A stretch of DNA of 59,878 bases, from assembly GCA_944391375.1 (NCBI GenBank), contig CALXTJ010000003.1, positions 1 to 59,878 on the forward strand, written 5' to 3'. The notes below the pieces were generated by a model, which ran no database searches, was not told where the DNA came from, and was given only the letters and a program-made list of their open reading frames with translations. Shown here piece after piece: positions 8,693 to 18,661 of this stretch (positions within the stretch are counted from its first letter, which is position 1; the number at the start of each line of letters is the position of its first letter). The DNA is from an uncultured Alphaproteobacteria bacterium (GTDB lineage Bacteria; Pseudomonadota; Alphaproteobacteria; RF32; CAG-239). Both the position numbers and the translations under genes were made by a program.

Positions 8693-9674
8693 CCATGGGG
8701 TTAAATCTTAACAGTAAAGTATTCCAGAGTTTATATTTATCGGCGTACTTTTCGGGAAAGATTTTATAAATATTGACATTGTTTTTATTAGAGCATGTAT
8801 ATACCGCCCGACGGGCACTTTCGGCTATGGCTCTAAAGTGCGGATCGGAACGCATACGAGCCGTATCTAAAATTTGTACATCCCTGATTGAGCCGTCACG
8901 ATTTAAATAGGCTCTTATTTCTATTATCATATCTTCAATGCCGCGAGCACCGGGGTCTAAGTTCCAACATTCTCTTAAGCGGCCGGCAATGGCATCGGTT
9001 TCGGAAATGGTTAAATCACTGAAATACGAACCGCCGGTTCCGCCTTCAACACCCATATTATTAACCTCGGTGCCTTCTTTAATTACTGCCGGAGCGGCTT
9101 CCTTACCCAACTCTTTTTCAATAGAGCTTACCGAATCCATTAAGCTCTTAAGCGGATTGGTTATGGTTTTATTTTCCGCCTTGGGTTTGGCCTTAGAGGC
9201 AGGCTTTTTAACCGGCGGAGTTTTACTCTGCGGCTTGGGTTGCGGCTTAGGCTGAGGTTTGGGTGTGGGCTTTTGTGCTGGCTTGGGTGCCGATTTAGGT
9301 GTTGGTTTGGTATCAGGTTTTTTAACCGGCTTTTTTTCCGGCACCGGAGGAGTGGTATCCAGATAATCTTTTTTAGGTTCTTCTACCTTGGTTTCTTGAG
9401 GCACCGGAGGTAAATCAGGTTGTTTGGTTTCCTCGGTTGTCCATTTTTGCGTAGGCTTTTTTTCGGGAACGGTTGCTTTTTTATCTTCCTTGCCCAACAC
9501 GGCTTTAGGCGGGAGATTAGTCATTTCCGCCAGTTTTATATCTTTTAAATCAACAATTATCGGGGCTTGGCCCATGGTTATTTTATCGTGGCCGAAAAAC
9601 GGCAAATCAATCACCAACACCAAAAAGGCGGCGATGTGCAAGGCAATTGAACGATAAAGATAACGCTTATTCAT
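8676..9674 (-). CDS. tolA: TolA-like cell envelope protein
   Basis: N-terminal TM anchor, Pro/Lys-rich linker, TonB-C-like end (CWNLDPG, ESARRAV); downstream of tolQR. Confidence 0.75.
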   Translation of the reverse strand: MNKRYLYRSIALHIAAFLVLVIDLPFFGHDKITMGQAPIIVDLKDIKLAEMTNLPPKAVLGKEDKKATVPEKKPTQKWTTEETKQPDLPPVPQETKVEEPKKDYLDTTPPVPEKKPVKKPDTKPTPKSAPKPAQKPTPKPQPKPQPKPQSKTPPVKKPASKAKPKAENKTITNPLKSLMDSVSSIEKELGKEAAPAVIKEGTEVNNMGVEGGTGGSYFSDLTISETDAIAGRLRECWNLDPGARGIEDMIIEIRAYLNRDGSIRDVQILDTARMRSDPHFRAIAESARRAVYTCSNKNNVNIYKIFPEKYADKYKLWNTLLLRFNPMDASVN

Positions 9675-9682
9675 GGCTTAAA

Positions 9683-10120
9683 TTAACGCTCCTTAACCAG
9701 CGGGCGAGCCTCGGTTTTAAGCCCGACTTTTTCAAAACCGGCTTCTTTTAACATGGCCATCAAGTTAATTACCCTGCCGTATGACGATTGCGTATCGCCG
9801 GATATGGTAACACTGGCTTGCGAATTTTCACCGCGAATCGCCTTTACCTTGGCAATAATTTTATCATCGGGGACTTCGGTTTTGCCGATATAGTATAATC
9901 CGTCCTTATCAACGCTGATGTTTATGGAGGTTTCTTTACCCTCTAAAGCTTTACCGCCGACTTTGGGTAAATCAAGGGCAATACCCGATGTCATAAGCGG
10001 TGCGGCTACCATAAACACCACCAACAACACCATCATAACATCCATTAAGTTGGTAATGTTGACATCGGCATTGCGGCGGCTGCCGCGGCGGGTTGAGGAA
10101 CGATATGAAGAACTTATCAT
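9683..10120 (-). CDS. tolR: TolR/ExbD family protein
   Basis: INITNLMDVMMVLLVVFMV and LKEAGFEKVGL. Confidence 0.88.
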   Translation of the reverse strand: MISSSYRSSTRRGSRRNADVNITNLMDVMMVLLVVFMVAAPLMTSGIALDLPKVGGKALEGKETSINISVDKDGLYYIGKTEVPDDKIIAKVKAIRGENSQASVTISGDTQSSYGRVINLMAMLKEAGFEKVGLKTEARPLVKER

Positions 10121-10141
10121 TAAAGCTTCTCCTTTTTTATT

Positions 10142-10891
10142 TTATTCACCGGCCATTTCGGCTTTTAAGGTCGTATCATCAATTTCTCGGGAGAGAATCG
10201 TTGAAAATTCGGCAATAAAGTTTTCAAGCCGTTTGGCATAGCGGTCAATATCGGTAGTAATAATGTTATAAGCAACCACTGCCGGAATGGCGGCAATCAA
10301 ACCGAATGCGGTAGTAAACAAGGCTTCGGCAATACCGGGAGCCATGGCCGAAAGTGAGTTACTTTGGGTGGCGGCAATGGCGTTAAAGCTGTTAATAATA
10401 CCCCAAACCGTACCAAACAAACCGACCAACGGGGCAACCGAACCGGTGGAAGCCAAAAATCCTAAGCGATTATCCAAGTCTTCCAGTTCTTTATCCATGG
10501 CCACCGTCATGGCTTTTTCAATGCGTTGCTGCAAGGAAGCTCCTCTTAAGCTGCGGTCGGTTTTGGACTGCATAATATTAGAGCGACGCCACTCTTTCAT
10601 GGCCGAAACAAACATTGCCGACATCGGATCACGGGGATGATTACCGATAGCATCATACAATCTGTCAAGTGAGCCGCCCGACCAGAAAGCTTCTTCAAAC
10701 TTTTTGGAGGTCTTTTTTACCTGTCGCAGGGTAGATATTTTTTCAAAAATAATTGCCCACGACCACACGGAAGCGGCAATTAAGCCTATCATAACCACTT
10801 TGGTAACCGTATCGGAAGCCCAAACCAAATCCCACATGGACATTTGTTGAGCGGCGGTATTGACAACATCTGAAAGAGCTTCTGTTTCCAT
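10142..10891 (-). CDS. tolQ: TolQ (MotA/TolQ/ExbB family)
   Basis: APLVGLFGTVWGI, APGIAEALFTTAFGL. Confidence 0.93.
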   Translation of the reverse strand: METEALSDVVNTAAQQMSMWDLVWASDTVTKVVMIGLIAASVWSWAIIFEKISTLRQVKKTSKKFEEAFWSGGSLDRLYDAIGNHPRDPMSAMFVSAMKEWRRSNIMQSKTDRSLRGASLQQRIEKAMTVAMDKELEDLDNRLGFLASTGSVAPLVGLFGTVWGIINSFNAIAATQSNSLSAMAPGIAEALFTTAFGLIAAIPAVVAYNIITTDIDRYAKRLENFIAEFSTILSREIDDTTLKAEMAGE

Positions 10892-11005
10892 TTTTCTAAC
10901 CTTTTTTAACTGATTTTATTAAAATGACACTATTTTGGCTTTTATTAGCACAAAATATTAAATTTTCAATTAACTTATGGAATAAAAACAGATGATTTTT
11001 AAAAT

Positions 11006-11043
11006 AAAAAGCACCGTGATGAATTTTATTCAACACGGTGCTA
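11006..11043 (-). terminator. Intrinsic terminator after the small membrane ORF
   Basis: AGCACCGTG/CACGGTGCT stem, U-tract on the minus strand. Confidence 0.6.
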
Positions 11044-11046
11044 ATC

Positions 11047-11328
11047 TTACCTTCTTACCTTTGTTCTAATCGCAAGGAACACCTCGCGAATGAACATCGG
11101 TACAACACCCACCCAGAAAGGATGAATGCCGTAGATGTGAATATCTCCCCACCAGCCTATAAACCATCCGAAACCCATGATTCCGAACAGCAAAAGGCCG
11201 GTGAAGAGCCCGGGGACAAAAAACGAAACTATTGTTGCCAATAGCGGTTCGCTTTTGTCCCATAATTTTTCTAATAACGCCCAAACTGCACCCACCAGGG
11301 CACAGATGAGCAAAAAATTCCAAAACAT
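11047..11328 (-). CDS. Small hydrophobic membrane protein
   Basis: 93 aa, two to three TM segments, followed by a terminator. Confidence 0.6.
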   Translation of the reverse strand: MFWNFLLICALVGAVWALLEKLWDKSEPLLATIVSFFVPGLFTGLLLFGIMGFGWFIGWWGDIHIYGIHPFWVGVVPMFIREVFLAIRTKVRR

Positions 11329-11496
11329 ATATAAATTTTTTAATTATTATTCAAATAAAAGGAAAAATTTAAAATCAGCGGTAAGGACCAACCCTAACAA
11401 AACCCACACAATATCACACACTAATTTTTTTCCAAAATCAGTGTAACACGCTTTGCTCATTCTGGCAAGAGTTTTTAGTTGTCTGTACAACTCATG

Positions 11497-12177
11497 CTAA
11501 TTGGCCCAGCGGATGTTTTGAGCACATTGTTGTTGCGTCATGCCTTTTACTCGGCAACGATTAACTATGATGTTGGGGGCTTTGTCCATGCCGTAACAGC
11601 CTTCCCCCAATAAGGAATAATCAAAATAAGTGCGGGTATCCGGCTCTACATCATCAAAAACCAATACCGTTTCCATATCCGGCCATTTTAACCGACAACT
11701 CAAATTGGTAAGCTTTTCTTTTAAGGTGGTGTAAACATAAAACCGCATGGAACAGTTTATGCTCCCGTTTAAAGTACGAGATACCTTAAAATCTCTCATA
11801 TAAATGAATATCTGCGGCTTGGGCTTTTGTTGATTAACATTGCCGATATTGTAAGTTTGGGTTTGATAACGATATCCCGCCGTATTGCCGGACGAGCTGT
11901 TGTTGCTCTCAACCGCATTTTTCTGACGCATATAACCGGTTGCCGCAGGTTGACGACTGTTTGCCTCTTTGGCTTGTTCCGGTATATTAGCACTATCCGC
12001 CTGCCCCGCCGAACCTGCCGTTGCTGCCGTTGCCGCTTGCGGAACCTTATTGCCTACGCTTCCGGCCGGAGCAAACATCTGAGCCGCTGCCGATGCCGAA
12101 TATAACCCTAAACAAAAGGCAAGCATTATTCCCCTCCTAAAGCTTGCTGCCATAATACCTGAAATAAACTTGCCCAT
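11497..12177 (-). CDS. Secreted hypothetical protein, paralogue of the adjacent gene
   Basis: Signal peptide, low-complexity linker, C-terminal domain sharing a 4-Cys pattern with 12205..12969. Confidence 0.75.
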   Translation of the reverse strand: MGKFISGIMAASFRRGIMLAFCLGLYSASAAAQMFAPAGSVGNKVPQAATAATAGSAGQADSANIPEQAKEANSRQPAATGYMRQKNAVESNNSSSGNTAGYRYQTQTYNIGNVNQQKPKPQIFIYMRDFKVSRTLNGSINCSMRFYVYTTLKEKLTNLSCRLKWPDMETVLVFDDVEPDTRTYFDYSLLGEGCYGMDKAPNIIVNRCRVKGMTQQQCAQNIRWAN

Positions 12178-12204
12178 TGTTATTATACCCTATGTTATAA
12201 AGGC

Positions 12205-12969
12205 CTATTTAATGTTGTTCATAACACTTTCGGCTTTTTCAAAGTTTTTAACAATCGTCTCATAGGAACTGTCAATTTCCGTTGTGTCTTGAGCCTTGTC
12301 ATTGCTCAATAAACGCTCCTGCTCGGAATATGATATGTTCTTAAATTCATCATAATATTCCGGATTTTTAGAATCTACATACTGGAATAAATTGCTGCAC
12401 TCCGAGGCACTGCGATTGGCCGTAACCCGACTGCGGCGATTGTTGTTGGTTGTGTTGCTCTCTGTCTTGCCGATAATGTTACAGGAGCTTACATTAAACT
12501 CCAAATTATCCAACAGTAAAAAACATTTTTCCGTCTTAACATTACCTTTTACCGTGGCTTGCTTATATGCTCCCAAAGCCGGCATATCAACCGTTGTGGT
12601 AAATTCTCCCAAACTTACCGGCTTGTTGCGTTGACTGCTCCGGTTTACTTGGGTAACTCTTTCCGGTTCGGCCTTTTCTTCTTCTTCCACTACATATTTA
12701 TCGGTTATATTATCCGTCCAACCCATTTCAACCTTGGCATCACGAAAACTGTCCGTTGTACGATTGTAAAATGTTACCAAAAAATCGCACTCGGTTATTA
12801 CGCCTTCGGCATTCTCTACCGGTTTAATGTCATGTACTTTAAACAATACCGCTCTGGGTTTGGTGGTATCTTCCTGTACGGCCGCCTCTTGAGCTTGTAC
12901 CGTAAAGGCAGCTACGCTCAAAGCTAAACTTACACTTCCCAGTAATGCTCTCTTTAATGTTTTCATCAT
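12205..12969 (-). CDS. Secreted hypothetical protein, paralogue of the adjacent gene
   Basis: Signal peptide ending VQA; 4-Cys domain. Confidence 0.75.
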   Translation of the reverse strand: MMKTLKRALLGSVSLALSVAAFTVQAQEAAVQEDTTKPRAVLFKVHDIKPVENAEGVITECDFLVTFYNRTTDSFRDAKVEMGWTDNITDKYVVEEEEKAEPERVTQVNRSSQRNKPVSLGEFTTTVDMPALGAYKQATVKGNVKTEKCFLLLDNLEFNVSSCNIIGKTESNTTNNNRRSRVTANRSASECSNLFQYVDSKNPEYYDEFKNISYSEQERLLSNDKAQDTTEIDSSYETIVKNFEKAESVMNNIK

Positions 12970-13018
12970 CTTGTCCCCTTAATATATTAAAGTTGCTCTT
13001 AACTTATCACTATTTTAT

Positions 13019-13810
13019 TTAATTTTCCTTTAATTTTTTTAATACTCGCAAAAAATCTATCCAGGCCTTGCCCTTTTGGGCCCCGTTACGCAATAAAAAG
13101 GCCGGATGAAAACTTGCCAATGCCACAATTTTACTCTTGTCGGTGCTTGTGTACTCAAGCCACCGCCCCCTTAATTTGGATATCGGCTCGGTATTATCTA
13201 ACAACGCATTGGCCGCACTCCCGCCTAAAAGTAATATTATTTGCGGTTTAATTAAATCTATCTGCTTTCTTAAAAACGGTAAACATACCGCAACTTCCCC
13301 ATCGGTCGGCGTTCTGTTCCCCGGCGGACGCCACGGTAAAACATTGGTAATGTATACCTCCTCTCGGCTTAAACCTATCGCTCTTAGCATTTTTTCCAGT
13401 AATTGTCCGCTCCGGCCCACAAACGGCTTGCCTATTCTGTCTTCATCGGCTCCCGGTGCTTCCCCGATTATCATCACTTTTGCTTTATCGCTTCCGGCCC
13501 CGAATACCGTGTTCTTGGCATTGAATTTTAATGCACAGCCCTCAAAATTTTCAATAATCTCTTTTAATTGCTCCAAACTTAACGCTTTTTCACATAATTC
13601 TCGGGCATTTTTACACGCCGCTACCGTCGTTTGGGCTAAATTACTGATGGCCTGACGAGCCGCAATTTGCGACTTTCCGTCCGCTTGCGGCAACTCACCA
13701 CTGGCCGCAACAGATGTTTGTAACAATCCTGCTTCCGAACCGCAACTCTCCGTCACATCGGCCTCTATGTACCATTCTAAAATGCTTTTTATGTCTGCTC
13801 TTTGTTCCAT
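13019..13810 (-). CDS. Uracil-DNA glycosylase family 4
   Basis: GEAPGADED, PFVGRSG, PPGNRTP, FHPAFLLR; start taken at MEQRAD. Confidence 0.93.
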   Translation of the reverse strand: MEQRADIKSILEWYIEADVTESCGSEAGLLQTSVAASGELPQADGKSQIAARQAISNLAQTTVAACKNARELCEKALSLEQLKEIIENFEGCALKFNAKNTVFGAGSDKAKVMIIGEAPGADEDRIGKPFVGRSGQLLEKMLRAIGLSREEVYITNVLPWRPPGNRTPTDGEVAVCLPFLRKQIDLIKPQIILLLGGSAANALLDNTEPISKLRGRWLEYTSTDKSKIVALASFHPAFLLRNGAQKGKAWIDFLRVLKKLKEN

Positions 13811-13936
13811 AACCGAAATTATATATCCTAAATCTCTTTTTATTGCAACATAAAGCAATTATTTACACATATAATTGTATTATTTATGTTGAATACTGTT
13901 TAAAATTTGTTATACAATACTTAAAGTTTAAAAAAG

Positions 13937-15730
13937 ATGTTAAGTGTTATGAAAATAGGATATGTTGCCGCTTTAATATTGAGCGTTGCCGTTTTTAATT
14001 CTTGTTCCGACGGTTTTATCAATAAATCGCAACAAGATTTTACGGCCTATTATTCCGTACCCAGAATGAATACGGCTTACGGCTCTTATTTAGCCGGTCG
14101 TGTTGCCCACCTCAGGCAGGATTTTAATACCGCCGCCGATTATTATATACAATCTATAAATCTTGGTGCCGATAAACCCGAAATTGTTACCCAAACATAC
14201 CTTCTGCTTACCATGGAAGGCCGCTTGAATCAGGCCGCAAAGTATGCCAAAACCGCCCTTGATAACGGTGATGACGGTAATTTTATACGCTTTGTTATTA
14301 TGAGCGATGATATCCAAAATAATAACTTTGATGATGCTCTTAATGTTTTACAGCCTATTGATGACGAAGTTTATAAAAAATTTATTCTGCCTTTGTTCCG
14401 GGCTTGGATTTATGCCGGTAATAATAATCAGTCCCAAGCTCTTAAACAACTGGAAATACTAAAGCAAGAAGAAGGCCTGCTCTCGCTCTATTATATGCAT
14501 AACGGTATGATAAATGATTATTTCGGTAATACTGCCGAGGCTAAAAAAGCTTTTGATACCGTAGTTGATAATCAAAATTTACAGCTTTCTTACCGCTCTT
14601 TGCAAATTATCAGCAACTTCTATCTACGCAACGGACAAAAACAACAGGCTGAGGACTTAATTAAAACCTATTATGATAAAAGCCAACAGTCCGTCACTCT
14701 TCAAGATTTGTATACGCAAGTTAAAAATGCCGACCCGGATGCGGTTAAAAAACTTATTGATACTCCGCAAAAAGGTACTGCCGAAGCCGTGTTTAATATA
14801 GCCACCGCTTTTATTCCTTACCAAACCGATATATCGCAAATGTTTAATGCCATTGCTTTATATCTTAATCCAAAAAACGAAATTGCCCTCATTTCCATGG
14901 CCGGACTATTGGAAAGTAATCAGCAGTTTGATGAGGCTGTCCAAAAATATCGGCAGGTAGATAAACATTCTTCGGTATATTTTATAGCTCAGCTTAAAAT
15001 TGCCGCTATATACTTAGCTCAAAAGCAAAACGAAAATGCCTTAAAACAACTTAAAAAAATGCAAAAAGAATTTCCCGATAATTATCAGGTGTTGTTTAAT
15101 TTGGGCGAGGTTAGCCGGATGATGAACAATCAGTCCGATGCTGTTGATTTTTACAATCAGGCTATTAAAGTTATGCCTAAAGCCATTAAAAATGATTGGA
15201 CAATTTATTACGCTCTGGGAATGGCTTATGAACGAAACGGCCAATGGCCGGAGGCCGAAAAAGCTTTGCAAAAGGCTCTTAAAATAAGTAACCGCCACCC
15301 CTTTGTCTTAAATTATTTGGGCTATACCTGGCTTGAACAAAATCAAAATTTTAATGAAGCTCTGTTTATGATTTTTGAGGCTTATAACGCTAATCCCGAA
15401 GACGGTCATATTATGGATAGTCTGGGCTGGGCTTTGTATCGTATGGGCAAATATGAAGATGCTGTCAAAATTTTGGAACGAGCCTCCGAATATCTTCCCG
15501 GAAACGCCCTCTTGTGCGACCATTTAGGTGATGCTTACTGGCAGGTCGGTCGTAAAGCCGAAGCTAAGTTTCAGTGGCAACACGCCCTTACCTTGAAGGA
15601 AGATGCCGAAACCTTAAATAAAAAACTCATCGCCGAAAAAATCCATAACGGCGTGACTCCGCCGCCGGTTATTAACTTTAATGAACCTTTGCTCGTGGAA
15701 AGATTAAAAACTTTGGATTTGGGACAATAA
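13937..15730 (+). CDS. Tetratricopeptide-repeat lipoprotein
   Basis: Lipobox-like FNSC; TPR repeats; LNYLGYTW...DSLGWALY...DHLGDAYW C-terminus. Confidence 0.88.
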   Translation: MLSVMKIGYVAALILSVAVFNSCSDGFINKSQQDFTAYYSVPRMNTAYGSYLAGRVAHLRQDFNTAADYYIQSINLGADKPEIVTQTYLLLTMEGRLNQAAKYAKTALDNGDDGNFIRFVIMSDDIQNNNFDDALNVLQPIDDEVYKKFILPLFRAWIYAGNNNQSQALKQLEILKQEEGLLSLYYMHNGMINDYFGNTAEAKKAFDTVVDNQNLQLSYRSLQIISNFYLRNGQKQQAEDLIKTYYDKSQQSVTLQDLYTQVKNADPDAVKKLIDTPQKGTAEAVFNIATAFIPYQTDISQMFNAIALYLNPKNEIALISMAGLLESNQQFDEAVQKYRQVDKHSSVYFIAQLKIAAIYLAQKQNENALKQLKKMQKEFPDNYQVLFNLGEVSRMMNNQSDAVDFYNQAIKVMPKAIKNDWTIYYALGMAYERNGQWPEAEKALQKALKISNRHPFVLNYLGYTWLEQNQNFNEALFMIFEAYNANPEDGHIMDSLGWALYRMGKYEDAVKILERASEYLPGNALLCDHLGDAYWQVGRKAEAKFQWQHALTLKEDAETLNKKLIAEKIHNGVTPPPVINFNEPLLVERLKTLDLGQ

Positions 15731-15735
15731 TTTTT

Positions 15736-16500
15736 TTATTCGTTGTCTTCTACATTTTCTATTAAGCGGTCTAAATTGTCCGCCTCATCTTTTTTGTATC
15801 CGCTGAAATCAGCCGCCTTTTCTTTAATATCTTTTTTGGCTTTTTCTATTTGCGGTTGGGCCAATTTTTCAAACAATTCATCTATTTCTTTTTGGTCTTC
15901 CTGCTCTTGCTTTTGCTCCTGCTCTTGCTCTTTGCCTGATGCGGAATCCTTATCTTCTTTATCGCTCTGTTCTTTACCCAAACCTACCTCGGCACTCTTG
16001 TCTCTGATTAAATCTATCGTGCTTTCGGGAATTAAACTTACTAACGGTTCGGCAAAGCGTCCGGCTATGTTAAAGTATCGCGAATCCTTAAACATACCCT
16101 CTTTGCTCTCTTCGGGCAGCATCCAGGTTACCAAAATATTGAACAAAATCACTAACAAACAAGCCCGCAAAACACCAAATACCAGCCCTAAAATTCTATC
16201 TAAGGCGCTTAATTTGCTGGTACGGATTTTGCTGACCATTTTGTCGGTACTTAATAACCAGATAATATAAAATACTATCAAAATCAACAGGGCCGTTACA
16301 ATTCCGGCCATCATGGAACTGGCTATATAATTCTTGGCAAGCGGCGTTAATATCGGCAACAGATAAAAAACCACAACGGCTGCTAAAACCCACCCGATGA
16401 TGGATAAAACCTCTTTTACCAAACCGCGGCATAACGCTATTAACGCCGAAACCGCCGTTATAATTAAAATTACCACATCCAAGTTATTTAACTGTTCCAT
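15736..16500 (-). CDS. cvpA: CvpA family membrane protein with acidic C-terminal extension
   Basis: RGLVKEVLSIIGW and LDRILGLVFGVLR. Confidence 0.85.
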   Translation of the reverse strand: MEQLNNLDVVILIITAVSALIALCRGLVKEVLSIIGWVLAAVVVFYLLPILTPLAKNYIASSMMAGIVTALLILIVFYIIWLLSTDKMVSKIRTSKLSALDRILGLVFGVLRACLLVILFNILVTWMLPEESKEGMFKDSRYFNIAGRFAEPLVSLIPESTIDLIRDKSAEVGLGKEQSDKEDKDSASGKEQEQEQKQEQEDQKEIDELFEKLAQPQIEKAKKDIKEKAADFSGYKKDEADNLDRLIENVEDNE

Positions 16501-16515
16501 TTGTTTTTTCAGCTC

Positions 16516-17883
16516 CTAATTAAACCAATTTATTAAACGATGAACATTACCGATTTCGTACGAGGTTATTTCCGTATTTTTCTTTTCCTTACCGAATGTC
16601 GGCGGAACTATTGCCGTGTTAAAGCCTAACTTTTTAGCCTCTTTTAACCGCAAATTGGGCTGGCTGACGGCTCGTATTTCACCTGATAAGCCTATCTCGC
16701 CGAAAATGACCATATCTGCCGGCAACGGTTTGTTGGTCAATGAGGAAATAACTGCCATCGCTACCGCTAAATCGGCCGCCGGTTCCGAAATTTTTAATCC
16801 GCCGGCAATGTTTAAGTAAACATCCTGCGAACTGAAATTCATCCCGCATCGGGCTTCCAATACCGCCAAAATCATTGCCAAACGGTTAGAATCCCAACCT
16901 ACTACCGCCCGTTTGGGACTGGAATATCCCGATGGACTTACAAGAGCTTGAATTTCTACCAAAACCGGCCGGGAACCCTCAATTCCGGCAAATACACAAG
17001 AACCCGATACATTACCCTGACGCTCGGCCAAGAACAAAGCCGAAGGATTTTCCACTTCCACAAGTCCTTTATCCTGCATTTCAAAAACACCGATTTCATC
17101 GGTTGCTCCGTAACGGTTTTTAACCGCTCTTAAAATCCGGAAATGGTGTCCTCTTTCGCCCTCAAAATATAAAACCGTATCTACCATGTGCTCTAATACC
17201 CTCGGGCCGGCTATGGCTCCCTGTTTGGTAACATGGCCTACCAAAAACAGTACAAAACCCTTTCTTTTGGCCAGTTTAATCAGCTCATAAGAACAGGCTC
17301 TTACTTGGGCAACACTGCCGGGGGTGGATTCTACATCCTCTAAATACATGGTCTGGATAGAATCTATGATTACCACCGCCGGATGAGCTTTATCCAAAGT
17401 GGCAACAATATCTTTAACTTCCGTGGTACTTGCCAATTTAACCGGCGATGAGGCAAGCCCCAATCTTTGGGCTCTTATCCGCACTTGGTCAATGGCCTCT
17501 TCCCCGGATATGTAAAAACACTCTAACTCCGGAAACTTGTCGGCTACTCCGGCACACACTTGTAATAACAATGTTGACTTTCCGATACCCGGATCACCGC
17601 CGACCAATATTGCCGAACCGGGAACTAAGCCGCCGCCGGTGACGCGATCTATTTCTTTAATGCCGGTATTTAAACGCTTAAAGGTTTGAGCTGAACCGCT
17701 TAACGGAACAAACTCTATCATCTCGCCTTTTTTCTTCGGCGGCAAAATGGAAAATCCTCCGCCTTGAACTTTTTCTTCCTCAATAGTATTCCACTCACCG
17801 CAAGCATCACACTTACCCTGCCATTTGGGGTAAACCGCTCCGCAGTTTTGGCATACATATTCTACCGCATTCTTTTTTGCCAT
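16516..17883 (-). CDS. radA: DNA repair protein RadA/Sms
   Basis: CxxC-CxxC zinc finger, GDPGIGKST, KNRYG, Lon-like C-terminus. Confidence 0.97.
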   Translation of the reverse strand: MAKKNAVEYVCQNCGAVYPKWQGKCDACGEWNTIEEEKVQGGGFSILPPKKKGEMIEFVPLSGSAQTFKRLNTGIKEIDRVTGGGLVPGSAILVGGDPGIGKSTLLLQVCAGVADKFPELECFYISGEEAIDQVRIRAQRLGLASSPVKLASTTEVKDIVATLDKAHPAVVIIDSIQTMYLEDVESTPGSVAQVRACSYELIKLAKRKGFVLFLVGHVTKQGAIAGPRVLEHMVDTVLYFEGERGHHFRILRAVKNRYGATDEIGVFEMQDKGLVEVENPSALFLAERQGNVSGSCVFAGIEGSRPVLVEIQALVSPSGYSSPKRAVVGWDSNRLAMILAVLEARCGMNFSSQDVYLNIAGGLKISEPAADLAVAMAVISSLTNKPLPADMVIFGEIGLSGEIRAVSQPNLRLKEAKKLGFNTAIVPPTFGKEKKNTEITSYEIGNVHRLINWFN

Positions 17884-17886
17884 GTC

Positions 17887-18651
17887 TTATACTTCCACTT
17901 TTATCGGACCTTGCGAACTGCCGTTAATAAATTGCCGAACATACGGATTTTCCGTCTTGTCCATTTCTTTGACCGTTCCCTGCCAAATAATCTTTCCCTG
18001 ATACAACATTGCCACTTTATCGGCAATTTTACGAGCCGAAGCTAAATCATGGGTAATGGTCAAGGTGGTCGCTCCCAATCCTTTGGCCGATTCAACTATC
18101 AAGTCATTTATTACATCCGCCATTATCGGATCCAATCCCGTCGTCGGCTCATCAAAAAAGATTATCTCCGGCTTGGTGATAATTGCTCTTGCCAAACCAA
18201 CCCTCTTTTGCATACCTCCCGATAATTCCGATGGCGATAAATCGGCCACATCAGGCGTTAAACCAACTTGCCTTAATACTCTTATGGCCTCAACCTTAGC
18301 TTTTTCTCGTGGCGTTTTTTTGTTCTCCAACAACGAAAATGCCACATTTTCCCAAACGCTCAAACTATCAAACAAGGCTCCGCCCTGAAAGAGCATGCCC
18401 ATTTTATCATGAAACTTTTTTTGCTGGGAAAGGCCTAAGCCCACAACTTCTTGATTATCTATTTTTATAGAGCCGTCATCAGGAGTTAATAAGCCTTGTA
18501 TGCACTTAATCAAAACCGACTTTCCCGTACCCGAACCGCCGATTACAACCAAAGACTCTCCGGCGTTAATATCTAAATCAACTCCGGTTAATACCCTCTT
18601 TTTACCGAAAGATTTATGCAAATTTCTGATGGATATTTTTACTTTTTCCAT
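17887..18651 (-). CDS. mlaF: MlaF-like ABC transporter ATP-binding protein
   Basis: GGSGTGKS, LSGGMQKRV, FFDEPTTGLDP; next to mlaE. Confidence 0.88.
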   Translation of the reverse strand: MEKVKISIRNLHKSFGKKRVLTGVDLDINAGESLVVIGGSGTGKSVLIKCIQGLLTPDDGSIKIDNQEVVGLGLSQQKKFHDKMGMLFQGGALFDSLSVWENVAFSLLENKKTPREKAKVEAIRVLRQVGLTPDVADLSPSELSGGMQKRVGLARAIITKPEIIFFDEPTTGLDPIMADVINDLIVESAKGLGATTLTITHDLASARKIADKVAMLYQGKIIWQGTVKEMDKTENPYVRQFINGSSQGPIKVEV

Positions 18652-18661
18652 ATTCTACCTC

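Noticed and set aside
9170-9540. Pro/Lys-rich repeats in tolA
   Set aside because: Normal periplasmic linker.
15880-15970. EQEQKQEQ repeat in the CvpA tail
   Set aside because: Short low-complexity coding tract with no sign of a separate element.
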